From Eledone cirrhosa (taxonomy: Eukaryota), in NCBI GenBank assembly GCA_964016885.1, contig OZ024741.1:411184001-411248000 (forward strand): DNA of 64,000 bases. Reading direction: 5' to 3'. Position 1 is the first letter of the stretch; every line of letters starts with the position of its first letter. Shown here one piece after another: positions 1 through 15,500 of the stretch. The notes under the pieces are model-generated. The model saw only the letters and a program-made list of their open reading frames with translations, did no database searches and was not told the origin of the DNA. Both the position numbers and the translations under genes were made by a program.

Positions 1-40
1 CCGCGATAGTTGAACCGCCAAGTAGCGAGGTATCACTGTA
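1..40. mobile_element. Terminus of a Tc1/mariner (pogo/Tigger-like) DNA transposon, truncated by the window edge, with flanking TA
   Basis: The reverse complement reads TA|CAGTGATACCTCGCTACTTGGCGGTTCAACTATCGCGG. This matches the CAGTNNNNCCTCG...CGCGG terminal pattern of pogo/Tigger-type TIRs, with TA (39-40) as target site. The partner TIR is not in the window. Confidence 0.55.
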
Positions 41-66
41 TATATGTTTAAATATATAGTGTAGCT

Positions 67-537
67 GTGATGTATCTCGCGAGTGAATCGAGACCTGTCA
101 CTGATTTTGGTGTCCCCACTGCCGATGTGAATGAGCAACGCTGCACTTGTGAATTGGGTCTTGATGTTGCAGGCAGTTCATATACTTACAATGATGCGGT
201 CCCACAAGCTTGTTCACATTCCTGTGCTAATAATCTAGATGGGCGTGGGCGTATTAAATTGGATGTGAAAACAGCTTACCGGATGCGGAATCGGGAGAAG
301 TTGAGACAAAAACAGGCCGATTATAGAGCTGTGAATTTTGCTAAATTAACACAAAAACAGGCCAAGTATAGATGTTCAAAACGGTATGAGTTGGCAAACA
401 AGCAGGCCAAGTATAGATCTGCAAATTCAGCTATTATATCTCAAAAGCAAGCCGAGCGTAGAGCTTCTAAACGTACCGAGTTGGCTAAAGAGCAGACCAA
501 GTACAGATCTGCAAATATCTTATTGCACAAACAATAA
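67..537 (+). other. Short ORF with six basic 15-aa repeats; probably a fragment of a transposon-encoded (possibly Helitron-like) protein
   Basis: Translation shows a 15-aa period: YRMRNREKLRQKQAD / YRAVNFAKLTQKQAK / YRCSKRYELANKQAK / YRSANSAIISQKQAE / RRASKRTELAKEQTK / YRSANILLHKQ (about 277-534). No catalytic motif is visible, so the family assignment is a guess. Confidence 0.35.
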
Positions 538-744
538 TTCTGCACAAATGTTGCTCCATTATTAGATCTAATGTTGCAACGATACAGTTAAATGTTGTCT
601 GTGTATTTTAAAAAAGATTTGCTTATAATCTTTTCAAATTTCATTACGCCAATGATTCAAGCTCAAATTGACATTATCTAAAAAATTGTATAAACAGCGG
701 TGGATTAGCAGTAGTGAACAGATAAATCAGTCAATTTATTAAGA

Positions 745-1401
745 TTGACTTGGCATCAATCAGCAAGACCTTCATTAGCTGCTCTCCAGCCATCTATTTA
801 AAGCTGTATACATCTATGGTACGAATACACTTGGAGTTCGCGTCATCAGTCTGGAACCTCTATCTTGCTCAGAACATTGACCTCCTGGAAACTGTTCAGA
901 GACATGCAACCAAGCGCATACCCTCCATCAGACACCTACCATACCCTGAATATTTTGCTTCCCTCTGGCAATGGACTTGGTAAACACCCACAAAGTTATT
1001 AACCATCCGACCAACAACAACCCCGAACACCTTTTTGATCTCCATGTGTCTAACACGTGGACATGCCTACAAAGTCAGAAAACAACACAGCTCCCATGAC
1101 TTTAGGAAATATTTCTTCATGCTCAGAGTTGCTGAAGGATGGAACAAACTTCCTGCATCAGTTGTTAGCTGATGACACACTGCATCCTTTAAAACCATCA
1201 TACATTCCGAAATACACCAAAACTACACCTGATGTCCCCCTTCCATACACATGCACATATGTGTATATCATGACTCATGCACTGTTCTTTTTTCATGACG
1301 TTTTTATATTACCCTATGTATTATATATGCACTTTTGATGAGTTGTAGTGCACCTCAGCATTGTACACAATATTTTCATTATTATTATCATTATTATTAT
1401 T
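745..1401 (+). mobile_element. 5'-truncated, decayed CR1-group non-LTR retrotransposon (C-terminus of ORF2, 3' UTR and microsatellite tail)
   Basis: LYTSMVRIHLEFASSVWNLYLAQNIDLLETVQRHATKRIPSIRHLPY (ORF 750-983) is followed by frameshifted MDLVNTHKVIN (from 971) and TRGHAYKVRKQHSSHDFRKYFFMLRVAEGWNKLPASVVS* (from 1053). These are the typical post-RT motifs of CR1-type ORF2 (LY..LVRP.LEY...VW.P, TRGH..K, R..FF..RV...WN.LP..VV). It ends in an (ATT)n run at 1378-1401. Confidence 0.88.
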
Positions 1402-1869
1402 ACACTCATTGATCCATTTTGCACTAACTCTGCATCAAGCACCCTCACCTAAATATTAACCAATCAAGGATCCAATACAGCTATCTGTTGGATGAGTATT
1501 GTATAGTGCCAAAAACGAAACCAATCAGTTTAGCAGAAAGTTTCCAGACAAGAAACACGCATATTTTGCTATCCTCAAACACGTTTACACATGGCATGAA
1601 ATATAACTAATCCGAGATGGCTAGGTTTCATCTTCTAACTGGATATACGAAATCCATTATGTCTTGACAACAACATGAGGTAACATTGTGTTATTCACAG
1701 ACACACTTTGTACACTGTTCCATATCAGAATGTATTTCCTTCGTCACATTCACAAACAGTATTGAAAATATGTTCTTCGGCAAATAAAAATGTTTTGTTC
1801 ATAATATTTCAACTAGCGATTGCTCTACTCCACGCACGACCACCATAAATTAATGACCAGCTCAACACA

Positions 1870-2043
1870 AGTATTGGTAGAGCGTCAGACACCATGCTTT
1901 GCAGTATTGTTATGGTCCTTTGCATTCTAAGTTCAAATCGTGCCGAGGTTAACTTCGACTTTCATACTTACTAATTCGATAAAATAAAGTACCAGTAATG
2001 GACTGCCGTAATGGATTTGTGCCGAAAAATAGAAACACTATTA
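1870..2043 (+). mobile_element. Diverged tRNA-derived SINE-like element
   Basis: A-box-like GGTAGAGCG (1876) and B-box GTTCAAATC (1931-1939), followed by GCCGAGGTTAACTT...CTTTCAT...TCGATAAAATAAAGTACCAGT...TTGTGCC...TAGAAA. This closely resembles an abundant octopus SINE as I recall it (not database-verified). Confidence 0.65.
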
Positions 2044-2593
2044 ATGTGCAATAAGAGCAAAATATAACGACATTGCTCAATTATTTTATCTAATGTTGTA
2101 ATAACACAAGGAAATGTTGTTTGTGTATTTTTTTTTATATTTGCTCATAGGCTTTTACAATTTCGCTCAGCCAACAACTATTAAAAAGTGAGTTGCTTAA
2201 GATAACAATTTAATCACAAATTGTTGCTATCTTTTAATACACTCCAACAAGTCATCAAATTATGTACAATAAAAACAAATCTTATTAATTTGCTCAGGGA
2301 ATATAAAGAAAATGTATATACACTGATAATTGCAATTGTATGTAAATATTTTGTTTTTGTATTGTTTATTTTATGTTTTCTATTATGTATAATATATTGA
2401 TTTAATATTGATTGTTTTTTGTAGTTGTTTATAATAAAAGTCTGAAAATATTTTTAGACATCTTACACTAATATTTATAAGATAATTTATAATAACAATT
2501 ACATAATCTAATTACATTACAACGATAATTTATTATTAATATATATCCTGTTTAACTAGAGTTATTACAAGCGTTGCCTTAAAAAAATATTAA

Positions 2594-3550
2594 ACTAGAC
2601 ATGAAAAATGCGCAAGCTCAAAAGTGCCACAGAATGTTATAATAAACCTTCAAAAGTGTGGGACTAGAGTTGTTGCTAAAAAATATTGTAATCATTATAT
2701 ATCGTACATTCTGTGGCATCCTTTATAAAAATAGCTTAAACCAACGAAGCCTTTATTTTTACGCTATTTCACTTAGTTAATTCTTAAAGTGTAACATATA
2801 AAAATAAATACATCTATGTTTAATGTAATAACAGCTATAAATAATTACGTAATATTATTATCATATACTCATAGTAACAAAATAATTGTGTTGAAAATTA
2901 ATATGATGCTTATATGAACGATCAAATCTATAATGATAATTTCTTAAATATACAAAAAGTAAAATAATTTAGTTATCTATTGTTACATTTTCATAGAACT
3001 ATAATATTAACAATCGTATTGCATTATCAAATTTTTATCACTACAAACTTTCATATTGGAATTACCTTAAGCCACTTATTATTACTTCGCTTTCGTACTT
3101 TTACAGCTGTAGATATTGCGCTGTATCTTATATCTAATATCAATATCTCATGGTAATTTGCATGCAGTGTAAAATAGGTTTATTAATAACTTTAATATGA
3201 AATGTATTATACAGGGCTGCGGAGTCGGCCAACAATTGACTGGCTCCAACTCAGGATCCGATACTCCATTATTTCCTAAATTTCAGCTCCGCAGCTCTGT
3301 TATTATATTAATTAATTTATTTTATAGTTGTAAATCATATTTTTATATGTTACACTCTAAGAATTAACTAAGTGAAATAGCGTAAAAATAAAGGCTTCGT
3401 TGGTTTAAGCTATTTTTATAAAGGATGCCACAGAATGTACGATATATAATGATTACAATATTTTTTAGCAACAACTCTAGTCCCACACTTTTGAAGGTTT
3501 ATTATAACATTCTGTGGCACTTTTGAGCTTGCGCATTTTTCATGTCTAGT
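2594..3550. mobile_element. 957-bp non-autonomous element with 213-bp terminal inverted repeats (foldback/Mutator-like architecture)
   Basis: 2594-2806 (ACTAGACATGAAAAATGCGCAAGCTCAAAAGTGCC...GTAACATATAAAAATA) is the reverse complement of 3338-3550, with one mismatch seen (CTTAAAGTG vs CTTAGAGTG). The interior is AT-rich and non-coding. No clear TSD. Confidence 0.8.
3212..3299. mobile_element. 88-bp hAT-like MITE nested inside the long-TIR element
   Basis: TIRs CAGGGCTGCGGAG (3212-3224) and CTCCGCAGCTCTG (3287-3299), 12/13 match. Flanked by an 8-bp direct repeat GTATTATA (3204-3211) / TTATTATA (3300-3307), 7/8 match. An 8-bp TSD with CAG ends is typical of hAT. Confidence 0.65.
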
Positions 3551-6500
3551 AATAATATATCTATAGTGATATAATAATATATCTACAGTGATATAATAAT
3601 ATATCTACAGTGATATAATAATATATCTACAGTGATATAATAATATATCTATAGTGACATAATAATATATCTACAGTGATATAATAATATATCTATAGCG
3701 ATATAATAATATATCTACAGTGATATAATAATATATCTACAGTGATAAAATAATATATCTACAGTGATATAATAATATATCTATAGTGATATAATAATAT
3801 ATCTATAGTGATATAATAATATATCTATAGTGATATAATAATATATCTATACTGATATAATAATATATCTACAGTGATATAATAATATATCTATAGTGAT
3901 ATAATAATATATCTATAGTGATATAATAATATATCTATAGTGATATAATAATATGTCTATAGTGATATAATAATATATCTATAGTAATATAATAATATAT
4001 CTATAGCGATATAATAATATATCTATAGCGATATAATAATGTATCTATAGTGATATAATAATATATCTATAGTGATATAACATATCTGTAGTGATAAAAT
4101 AATATATCTATAGTGATATACTATATCTACAGTGATATAATATATCTATAGTGATATAATACTATATCTATAGTGATATAATAATATATCTATAGTGATA
4201 TAATAACATATATCTATAGTCATATAATATATCTACAGTGATATAATATATCTACAGTGATATAATATATCTACAGTGATATAATAATATATCTATAGTG
4301 ATATATTAATATAGCTATAGTGATATAATATATCTATAGTGATATAATAATATATCTATAGTGATATAATAATATAGCTATAGTGATATAATAATATATC
4401 TATAGTGATATAATAATATAGCTATTGTGATATAATAATATATCTACAGTGATATAATAATATATCTATAGTAATATACTATATCTATAGCGATATAATA
4501 TATCTACAGTGATATAATAATATAATATATCTATAGTGATATAATATATCTATAGTGATATAATATATCTACGGTGATATAATAATATATCTGTAGTGAT
4601 ATAATAATATATCTATTGTGATATAATAATATATCTATAGTGATATAATAATATATCTATAGTGATATAATAACATATATCTACAGTGATATAATAATAT
4701 ATCTACAGTGATATAATAATATATCTATAGTGAAATAATAATATATCTATAGTGATATATCTAAAGTGATATAATATATCTACAGTGAAATAATATATCT
4801 ACAGTGATATAATAATATATCTATAGTGATATAATAATATATCTATAGTGATATAATAATATATCTACAGTAATATAATATATCTATAGTGATATAATAA
4901 TATATCTATAGTGATATAATAATATAGCTACAGTGATATAATAATATATCTATAGTGATATAATAATATAGCTATAGTGATATAATAATATATCTACATT
5001 GATATAATAATATATCTACAGTGATATAATAATATATCTATAGTGATATAATAACATATCTATAGTGATATAATAATATATCTATAGTGATGTAATATAT
5101 CTACATTGATATAATAGTATATCTACAGTGATATAATAATATATCTATAGTGATATAATAATATATCTATAGTGATATAATAATATATCTATAGTGATAT
5201 AATAATATATCTACAGTGATATAATATATTTACAGTGATATAATAATATATCTATAGTGATATAATAATATATCTATAGTGATATAATAATATATCTATA
5301 GTGATATAATAATATATCTATAGTGATATAATAATATATCTACAGTGATATAATAATATATCTATAGTGACATAATATATCTATACTGATACAATAATAT
5401 ATCTACAGTGATATAATAATATATCTATAGTGATATAATAATATATCTATAGCGATATAATAATATATCTATAGTGATATACTATATCTACAGTGATATA
5501 ATAATATATCTATTGTGATATATTATATCTACAGTGATATAATAATATATCTGTAGTGATATAATAATATATCTATAGTGATATACTATATCTACAGTGA
5601 TATAATATATCTATAGTGATATAATAATATATCTATCGCGATATAATAATATATCTATAGTGATATACTATATCTACAGTGATATAATATATCTATAGTG
5701 ATATAATAACATATATCTATAGTCATATAATATATCTACAGTTATATAATAATATATCTATAGTGAAATAATAATATATCTATAGTGATATATCTATAGT
5801 GATATAATATATCTACAGTGATATAATATATCTACAGTGATATAATAATATATCTATGGTGATATAATAATATATCTATACTGATATAACAATATATCTA
5901 TAGTGATATAATATATCTATAGTGATATAATAATATATCTATAGTGATGTAATATATCTACAGTGATATAATAGTATATCTACAGTCATATAATAATATA
6001 TCTATAGTGATATAATAATATAGCTATAGTGATATAATAATATATCTATAGTGATATAATAATATATCTACAGTGATATAATATATCTACAGTGATATAA
6101 TAATATATCTACAGTGATATAATAATATATCTATAGTGATATAATAATATATCTACAGTGATATAATAATATATCTACAGTGATATAATAATATATCTAC
6201 AGTGATATAATAATATATCTACAGTGATATAATAATATATCTATAGTGACATAATAATATATCTACAGTGATATAATAATATATCTATAGCGCTATAATA
6301 ATATATCTACAGTGATATAATAATATATCTACAGTGATATAATAATATATCTACAGTGATATAATAATATATCTATAGTGATATAATAATATATCTATAG
6401 TGATATAATAATATATCTATAGTGACATAATAATATATCTATAGTGATATAATAATATATCTATAGTGATATAATAATATATCTATAGTGATATAATAAT

Positions 6501-9500
6501 ATATCTATAGTGATATAATAATATATCTATAGCGATATAATAATATATCTATAGCGATATAATAATATATCTATAGTGATATACTATATCTACAGTGATA
6601 TAATAATATATCTATAGTGATATAATATATCTAGTGATATAATAATATATCTGTAGTGATAAAATAATATATCTATAGTGATATACTATATCTACAGTGA
6701 TATAATATATCGATAGTGATATAATACTATATCTATAATAATATATCTATAGTGATATAATAACATATATCTATAGTCATATAATATATCTACAGTGATA
6801 TAATATATCTACAGTGATATAATATATCTACAGTTATATAATAATATATCTATAGTGATATAATAATATATCTATAGTGATATAATAATATATCTACAGT
6901 CATATAATATATCTATAGTGATATAATAATATATCTACAGTGATATAATAATATATCTATAGTGATATAATAATATATCTACAGTGATATAATATATCTA
7001 TAGTGAAATAATAATATATCTACAGTGATATAATAATATATCTATAGTGATATAACAACATATCTATAGTGATATAATAATATATCTATAGTGATGTAAT
7101 ATATCTACATTGATATAATAGTATATCTACAGTGATATAATAATACATCTATAGTGATATAATAATATATCTATAGTGATATAATATATCTACAGTGATA
7201 TAATAATATATCTATAGTGATATAATAATATATCTATAGTGATATAATAATATATCTATAGCAATATAATAATATATCTATAGTGATATACTATATCTAC
7301 AGTGATATAATAATATATCTATTGTGATATAATATATCTACAGTGATATAATAATATATCTATAGTGATATAATAACATATATCTATAGTCATATAATAT
7401 ATCTACAGTGATATAATAATATATCTATAGTGATATAATAATATATCTATACTGATATAACAATATATCTATAGTGATATAATATATCTATAGTGATATA
7501 ACATATCTATAGTGATATAATAATATATCTATAGTGATGTAATATATCTACAGTGACATAATAGTATATCTACAGTCATATAATAATATATCTATAGTGA
7601 TATAATAATATATCTATAGTGATATAATAATATATCTATAGTGATATAATAATATATCTACAGTGATATAATATATCTACAGTGATATAATAATATATCT
7701 ACAGTGATATAATAATATATCTACAGTGATATAATAATATATCTATAGTGATATAATAATATATCTACAGTGATATAATAATATATCTACAGTGATAAAA
7801 TAATATATCTATAGTGATATAATAATATATCTATAGTGATATAATAATATATCTACAGTGATATAATAATATATCTATAGTGACATAATAATATATCTAT
7901 AGTGACATAATAATATATCTACAGTGATATAATAATATATCTATAGCGCTATAATAATATATCTACAGTGATATAATAATATATCTACAGTGATATAATA
8001 ATATATCTACAGTGATATAATAATATATCTATAGTGATATAATAATAGAACTATAGTGATATAATAATATATCTATAGTGATATACTAATATATCTATAG
8101 TGATATACTATATCTACAGTGATATAATATATCTATAGTGATATAATAATATATCTATAGTGATATAATAATATATCTATAGTGATATAATAACATATAT
8201 CTATAGTCATATAATATATCTACAGTGATATAATAATATATCTATAGTGATATAATAATATATCTATAGTGAAATAATAATATATCTATAGTGATATATC
8301 TATAGTGATATAATATATCTACAGTGATATAATATATCTACAGTGATATAATAATATAATATATCTATAGTGATATAATATATCTATATTGATATAATAT
8401 ATCTACGGTGATATAATAATATATCTGTAGTGATATAATAATATATCTATTGTGATATAATAATATATCTATAGTGATATAATAATATATCTATAGTGAT
8501 ATAATAACATATATCTACAGTGATATAATAATATATCTACAGTGATATAATAATATATCTATAGTGAAATAATAATATATCTATAGTGATATATCTAAAG
8601 TGATATAATATATCTACAGTGAAATAATATATCTACAGTGATATAATAATATATCTATAGTGATATAATAATATATCTACAGTAATATAATATATCTATA
8701 GTGATATAATAATATATCTATAGTGATATAATAATATAGCTACAGTGATATAATAATATATCTATAGTGATATAATAATATAGCTATAGTGATATAATAA
8801 TATATCTACATTGATATAATAATATATCTACAGTGATATAATGATATATCTATAGTAATATAATAACATATCTATAGTGATATAATAATATATCTATAGT
8901 GATGTAATATATCTACATTGATATAATAGTATATCTACAGTGATATAATAATATATCTACAGTGATATAATAATATATCTATAGTGATATAATAATATAT
9001 CTATAGTGATATAATAATATATCTACAGTGATATAATATATTTACAGTGATATAATAATATATCTATAGTGATATAATAATATATCTATAGTGATATAAT
9101 AATATATCTATAGTGATATAATAATATATCTACAGTGATATAATAATATATCTATAGTGACATAATATATCTATACTGATACAATAATATATCTACAGTG
9201 ATATAATAATATATCTATAGTGATATAATAATATATCTATAGTGATATACTATATCTACAGTGATATAATAATATATCTATTGTGATATATTATATCTAC
9301 AGTGATATAATAATATATCTGTAGTGATATAATAATATATCTATAGTGATATACTATATCTACAGTGATATAATATATCTATAGTGATATAATAATATAT
9401 CTATCGCGATATAATAATATATCTATAGTGATATAATAACATATATCTATAGTCATATAATATATCTACAGTGATATAATAATATATCTATAGTGAAATA

Positions 9501-12500
9501 ATAATATATCTATAGTGATATATCTATAGTGATATAATATATCTACAGTGATATAATATATCTACAGTGATATAATAATATATCTATGGTGATATAATAA
9601 TATATCTATACTGATATAACAATATATTTATAGTGATATAATATATCTATAGTGATATAACATATCTATAGTGATATAATAATATATCTATAGTGATGTA
9701 ATATATCTACAGTGATATAATAGTATATCTACAGTCATATAATAATATATCTATAGTGATATAATAATATAGCTATAGTGATATAATAATATATCTATAG
9801 TGATATAATAATATATCTACAGTGATATAATATATCTACAGTGATATAATAATATATCTACAGTGATATAATAATATATCTATAGTGATATAATAATATA
9901 TCTACAGTGATATAATAATATATCTACAGTGATATAATAATATATCTACAGTGATATAATAATATATCTACAGTGATATAATAATATATCTATAGTGACA
10001 TAATAATATATCTACAGTGATATAATAATATATCTATAGCGCTATAATAATATATCTACAGTGATATAATAATATATCTACAGTGATATAATAATATATC
10101 TACAGTGATATAATAATATATCTATAGTGATATAATAATATATCTATAGTGATATAATAATATATCTATAGTGACATAATAATATATCTATAGTGATATA
10201 ATAATATATCTATAGTGATATAATAATATATCTATAGTGATATAATAATATATCTATAGTGATATAATAATATATCTATAGCGATATAATAATATATCTA
10301 TAGCGATATAATAATATATCTATAGTGATATACTATATCTACAGTGATATAATAATATATCTATAGTGATATAATATATCTAGTGATATAATAATATATC
10401 TGTAGTGATAAAATAATATATCTATAGTGATATACTATATCTACAGTGATATAATATATCGATAGTGATATAATACTATATCTATAGTGATATAATAATA
10501 TATCTATAGTGATATAATAACATATATCTATAGTCATATAATATATCTACAGTGATATAATATATCTACAGTGATATAATATATCTACAGTTATATAATA
10601 ATATATCTATAGTGATATAATAATATATCTATAGTGATATAATAATATATCTACAGTCATATAATATATCTATAGTGATATAATAATATATCTACAGTGA
10701 TATAATAATATATCTATAGTGATATAATAATATATCTACAGTGATATAATATATCTATAGTGAAATAATAATATATCTACAGTGATATATTAATATATCT
10801 ATAGTGATATATTAATATATCTATAGTGATATAACAACATATCTATAGTGATATAATAATATATCTATAGTGATGTAATATATCTACATTGATATAATAG
10901 TATATCTACAGTGATATAATAATATATCTATAGTGATATAATAATATATCTATAGTGATATAATATATCTACAGTGATATAATAATATATCTATAGTGAT
11001 ATAATAATATATCTATAGTGATATAATAATATATCTATAGCAATATAATAATATATCTATAGTGATATACTATATCTACAGTGATATAATAATATATCTA
11101 TTGTGATATAATATATCTACAGTGATATAATAATATATCTATAGTGATATAATAACATATATCTATAGTCATATAATATATCTACAGTGATATAATAATA
11201 TATCTATAGTGATATAATAATATATCTATACTGATATAACAATATATCTATAGTGATATAATATATCTATAGTGATATAACATATCTATAGTGATATAAT
11301 AATATATCTATAGTGATGTAATATATCTACAGTGATATAATAGTATATCTACAGTCATATAATAATATATCTATAGTGATATAATAATATATCTATAGTG
11401 ATATAATAATATATCTATAGTGATATAATAATATATCTACAGTGATATAATATATCTACAGTGATATAATAATATATCTACAGTGATATAATAATATATC
11501 TACAGTGATATAATAATATATCTATAGTGATATAATAATATATCTACAGTGATATAATAATATATCTACAGTGATAAAATAATATATCTACAGTGATATA
11601 ATAATATATCTACAGTGATATAATAATATATCTATAGTGACATAATAATATATCTACAGTGATATAATAATATATCTATAGCGCTATAATAATATATCTA
11701 CAGTGATATAATAATATATCTACAGTGATATAATAATATATCTACAGTGATATAATAATATATCTATGGTGATATAATAATATAACTATAGTGATATAAT
11801 AATATATCTATAGTGATATACTAATATATCTATAGTGATATACTATATCTACAGTGATATAATATATCTATAGTGATATAATAATATATCTATAGTGATA
11901 TAATAATATATCTATAGTGATATAATAACATATATCTATAGTCATATAATATATCTACAGTGATATAATAATATATCTATAGTGATATAATAATATATCT
12001 ATAGTGAAATAATAATATATCTATAGTGTTATATCTATAGTGATATAATATATCTACAGTGATATAATATATCTACAGTGATATAATAATATAATATATC
12101 TATAGTGATATAATATATCTATATTGATATAGTATATCTACGGTGATATAATAATATATCTGTAGTGATATAATAATATATCTATTGTGATATAATAATA
12201 TATCTATAGTGATATAATAATATATCTATAGTGATATAATAACATATATCTACAGTGATATAATAATATATCTACAGTGATATAATAATATATCTATAGT
12301 GAAATAATAATATATCTATAGTGATATATCTAAAGTGATATAATATATCTACAGTGAAATAATATATCTACAGTGATATAATAATATATCTATAGTGATA
12401 TAATAATATATCTACAGTAATATAATATATCTATAGTGATATAATAATATATCTATAGTGATATAATAATATAGCTACAGTGATATAATAATATATCTAT

Positions 12501-15500
12501 AGTGATATAATAATATAGCTATAGTGATATAATAATATATCTACATTGATATAATAATATATCTACAGTGATATAATGATATATCTATAGTGATATAATA
12601 ACATATCTATAGTGATATAATAATATATCTATAGTGATGTAATATATCTACATTGATATAATAGTATATCTACAGTGATATAATAATATATCTACAGTGA
12701 TATAATAATATATCTATAGTGATATAATAATATATCTATAGTGATATAATAATATATCTACAGTGATATAATATATTTACAGTGATATAATAATATATCT
12801 ATAGTGATATAATAATATATCTATAGTGATATAATAATATATCTATAGTGATATAATAATATATCTACAGTGATATAATAATATATCTATAGTGACATAA
12901 TATATCTATACTGATACAATAATATATCTACAGTGATATAATAATATATCTATAGTGATATAATAATATATCTATAGCGATATAATAATATATCTATAGT
13001 GATATACTATATCTACAGTGATATAATAATATATCTATTGTGATATATTATATCTACAGTGATATAATAATATATCTGTAGTGATATAATAATATATCTA
13101 TAGTGATATACTATATCTACAGTGATATAATATATCTATAGTGATATAATAATATATCTATCGCGATATAATAATATATCTATAGTGATATAATAACATA
13201 TATCTATAGTCATATAATATATCTACAGTGATATAATAATATATCTATAGTGAAATAATAATATATCTATAGTGATATATCTATAGTGATATAATATATC
13301 TACAGTGATATAATATATCTACAGTGATATAATAATATATCTATGGTGATATAATAATATATCTATACTGATATAACAATATATCTATAGTGATATAATA
13401 TATCTATAGTGATATAACATATCTATAGTGATATAATAATATATCTATAGTTATGTAATATATCTACAGTGATATAATAGTATATCTACAGTCATATAAT
13501 AATATATCTATAGTGATATAATAATATATCTATAGTGATATAATAATATATCTATAGTGATATAATAATATATCTACAGTGATATAATATATCTACAGTG
13601 ATATAATAATATATCTACAGTGATATAATAATATATCTACAGTGATATAATAATATATCTATAGTGATATAATAATATATCTACAGTGATATAATAATAT
13701 ATCTACAGTGATATAATAATATATCTACAGTGATATAATAATATATCTACAGTGATATAATAATATATCTATAGTGACATAATAATATATCTATAGTGAT
13801 ATAATAATATATCTATAGTGATATAATAATATATCTATAGCGATATAATAATATATCTATAGCGATATAATAATATATCTATAGTGATATACTATATCTA
13901 CAGTGATATAATAATATATCTATAGTGATATAATATATCTAGTGATATAATAATATATCTATAGTGATATACTATATCTACAGTGATATAATATATCGAT
14001 AGTGATATAATACTATATCTATAGTGATATAATAATATATCTATAGTGATATAATATCATATCTATAGTCATATAATATATCTACAGTGATATAATATAT
14101 CTACAGTGATATAATATATCTACAGTGATATAATAATATATCTATAGTGATATAATAATATATCTATAGTGATATAATAATATATCTAAAGTGATATAAT
14201 ATATCTATAGTGATATAATAATATATCTACAGTGATATAATAATATATCTACAGTGATATAATAATATATCTATAGTGATATAATAACATATCTATAGTG
14301 ATATAATAATATATCTATAGTGATGTAATATATCTACATTGATATAATAGTATATCTACAGTGATATAATAATATATCTATAGTGATATAATAATATATC
14401 TATAGTGATATAATATATCTACAGTGATATAATAATATATCTATAGTGATATAATAATATATCTATAGTGATATAATAATATATCTATAGCAATATAATA
14501 ATATATCTATAGTGATATACTATATCTACAGTGATATAATAATATATCTATTGTGATATAATATATCTACAGTGATATAATAATATATCTATAGTGATAT
14601 AATAACATATATCTATAGTCATATAATATATCTACAGTGATATAATAATATATCTATAGTGATATAATAATATATCTATACTGATATAACAATATATCTA
14701 TAGTGATATAATATATCTATAGTGATATAATATATCTATAGTGATATAACATATCTATAGTGATATAATAATATATCTATAGTGATGTAATATATCTACA
14801 GTGATATAATAGTATATCTACAGTCATATAATAATATATCTATAGTGATATAATAATATATCTATAGTGATATAATAATATATCTATAGTGATATAATAA
14901 TATATCTACAGTGATATAATATATCTACAGTGATATAATAATATATCTACAGTGATATAATAATATATCTACAGTGATATAATAATATATCTATAGTGAT
15001 ATAATAATATATCTACAGTGATATAATAATATATCTACAGTGATATAATAATATATCTACAGTGATATAATAATATATCTACAGTAATATAATAATATAT
15101 CTATAGCGACATAATAATATATCTACAGTGATATAATAATATATCTATAGCGCTATAATAATATATCTACAGTGATATAATAATATATCTACAGTGATAT
15201 AATAATATATCTACAGTAATATAATAATATATCTATAGTGATATAATAATATATCTATAGTGATATAATAATATATCTATAGTGACATAATAATATATCT
15301 ATGCTGATATAATAATATATCTGCAGTGATGTAATAATATATCTATAGTGATATAATAATATATCTATAGTGATATAATAATATATCTATAGTGATATAA
15401 TAATATATCTATAGCGATATAATAGTATATCTATAGTGATATAATAATATATCTATAGTGATATACTATATCTACAGTGATATAATAATATATCTATAGT

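Noticed and set aside
1057-1338. 93-aa ORF from the ORF track
   Set aside because: Out-of-frame overlap with the CR1 ORF2 C-terminus and its 3' UTR; no recognisable protein.
1870-1945. tRNA gene
   Set aside because: A- and B-box-like motifs are present, but no cloverleaf can be folded; it fits a SINE head.
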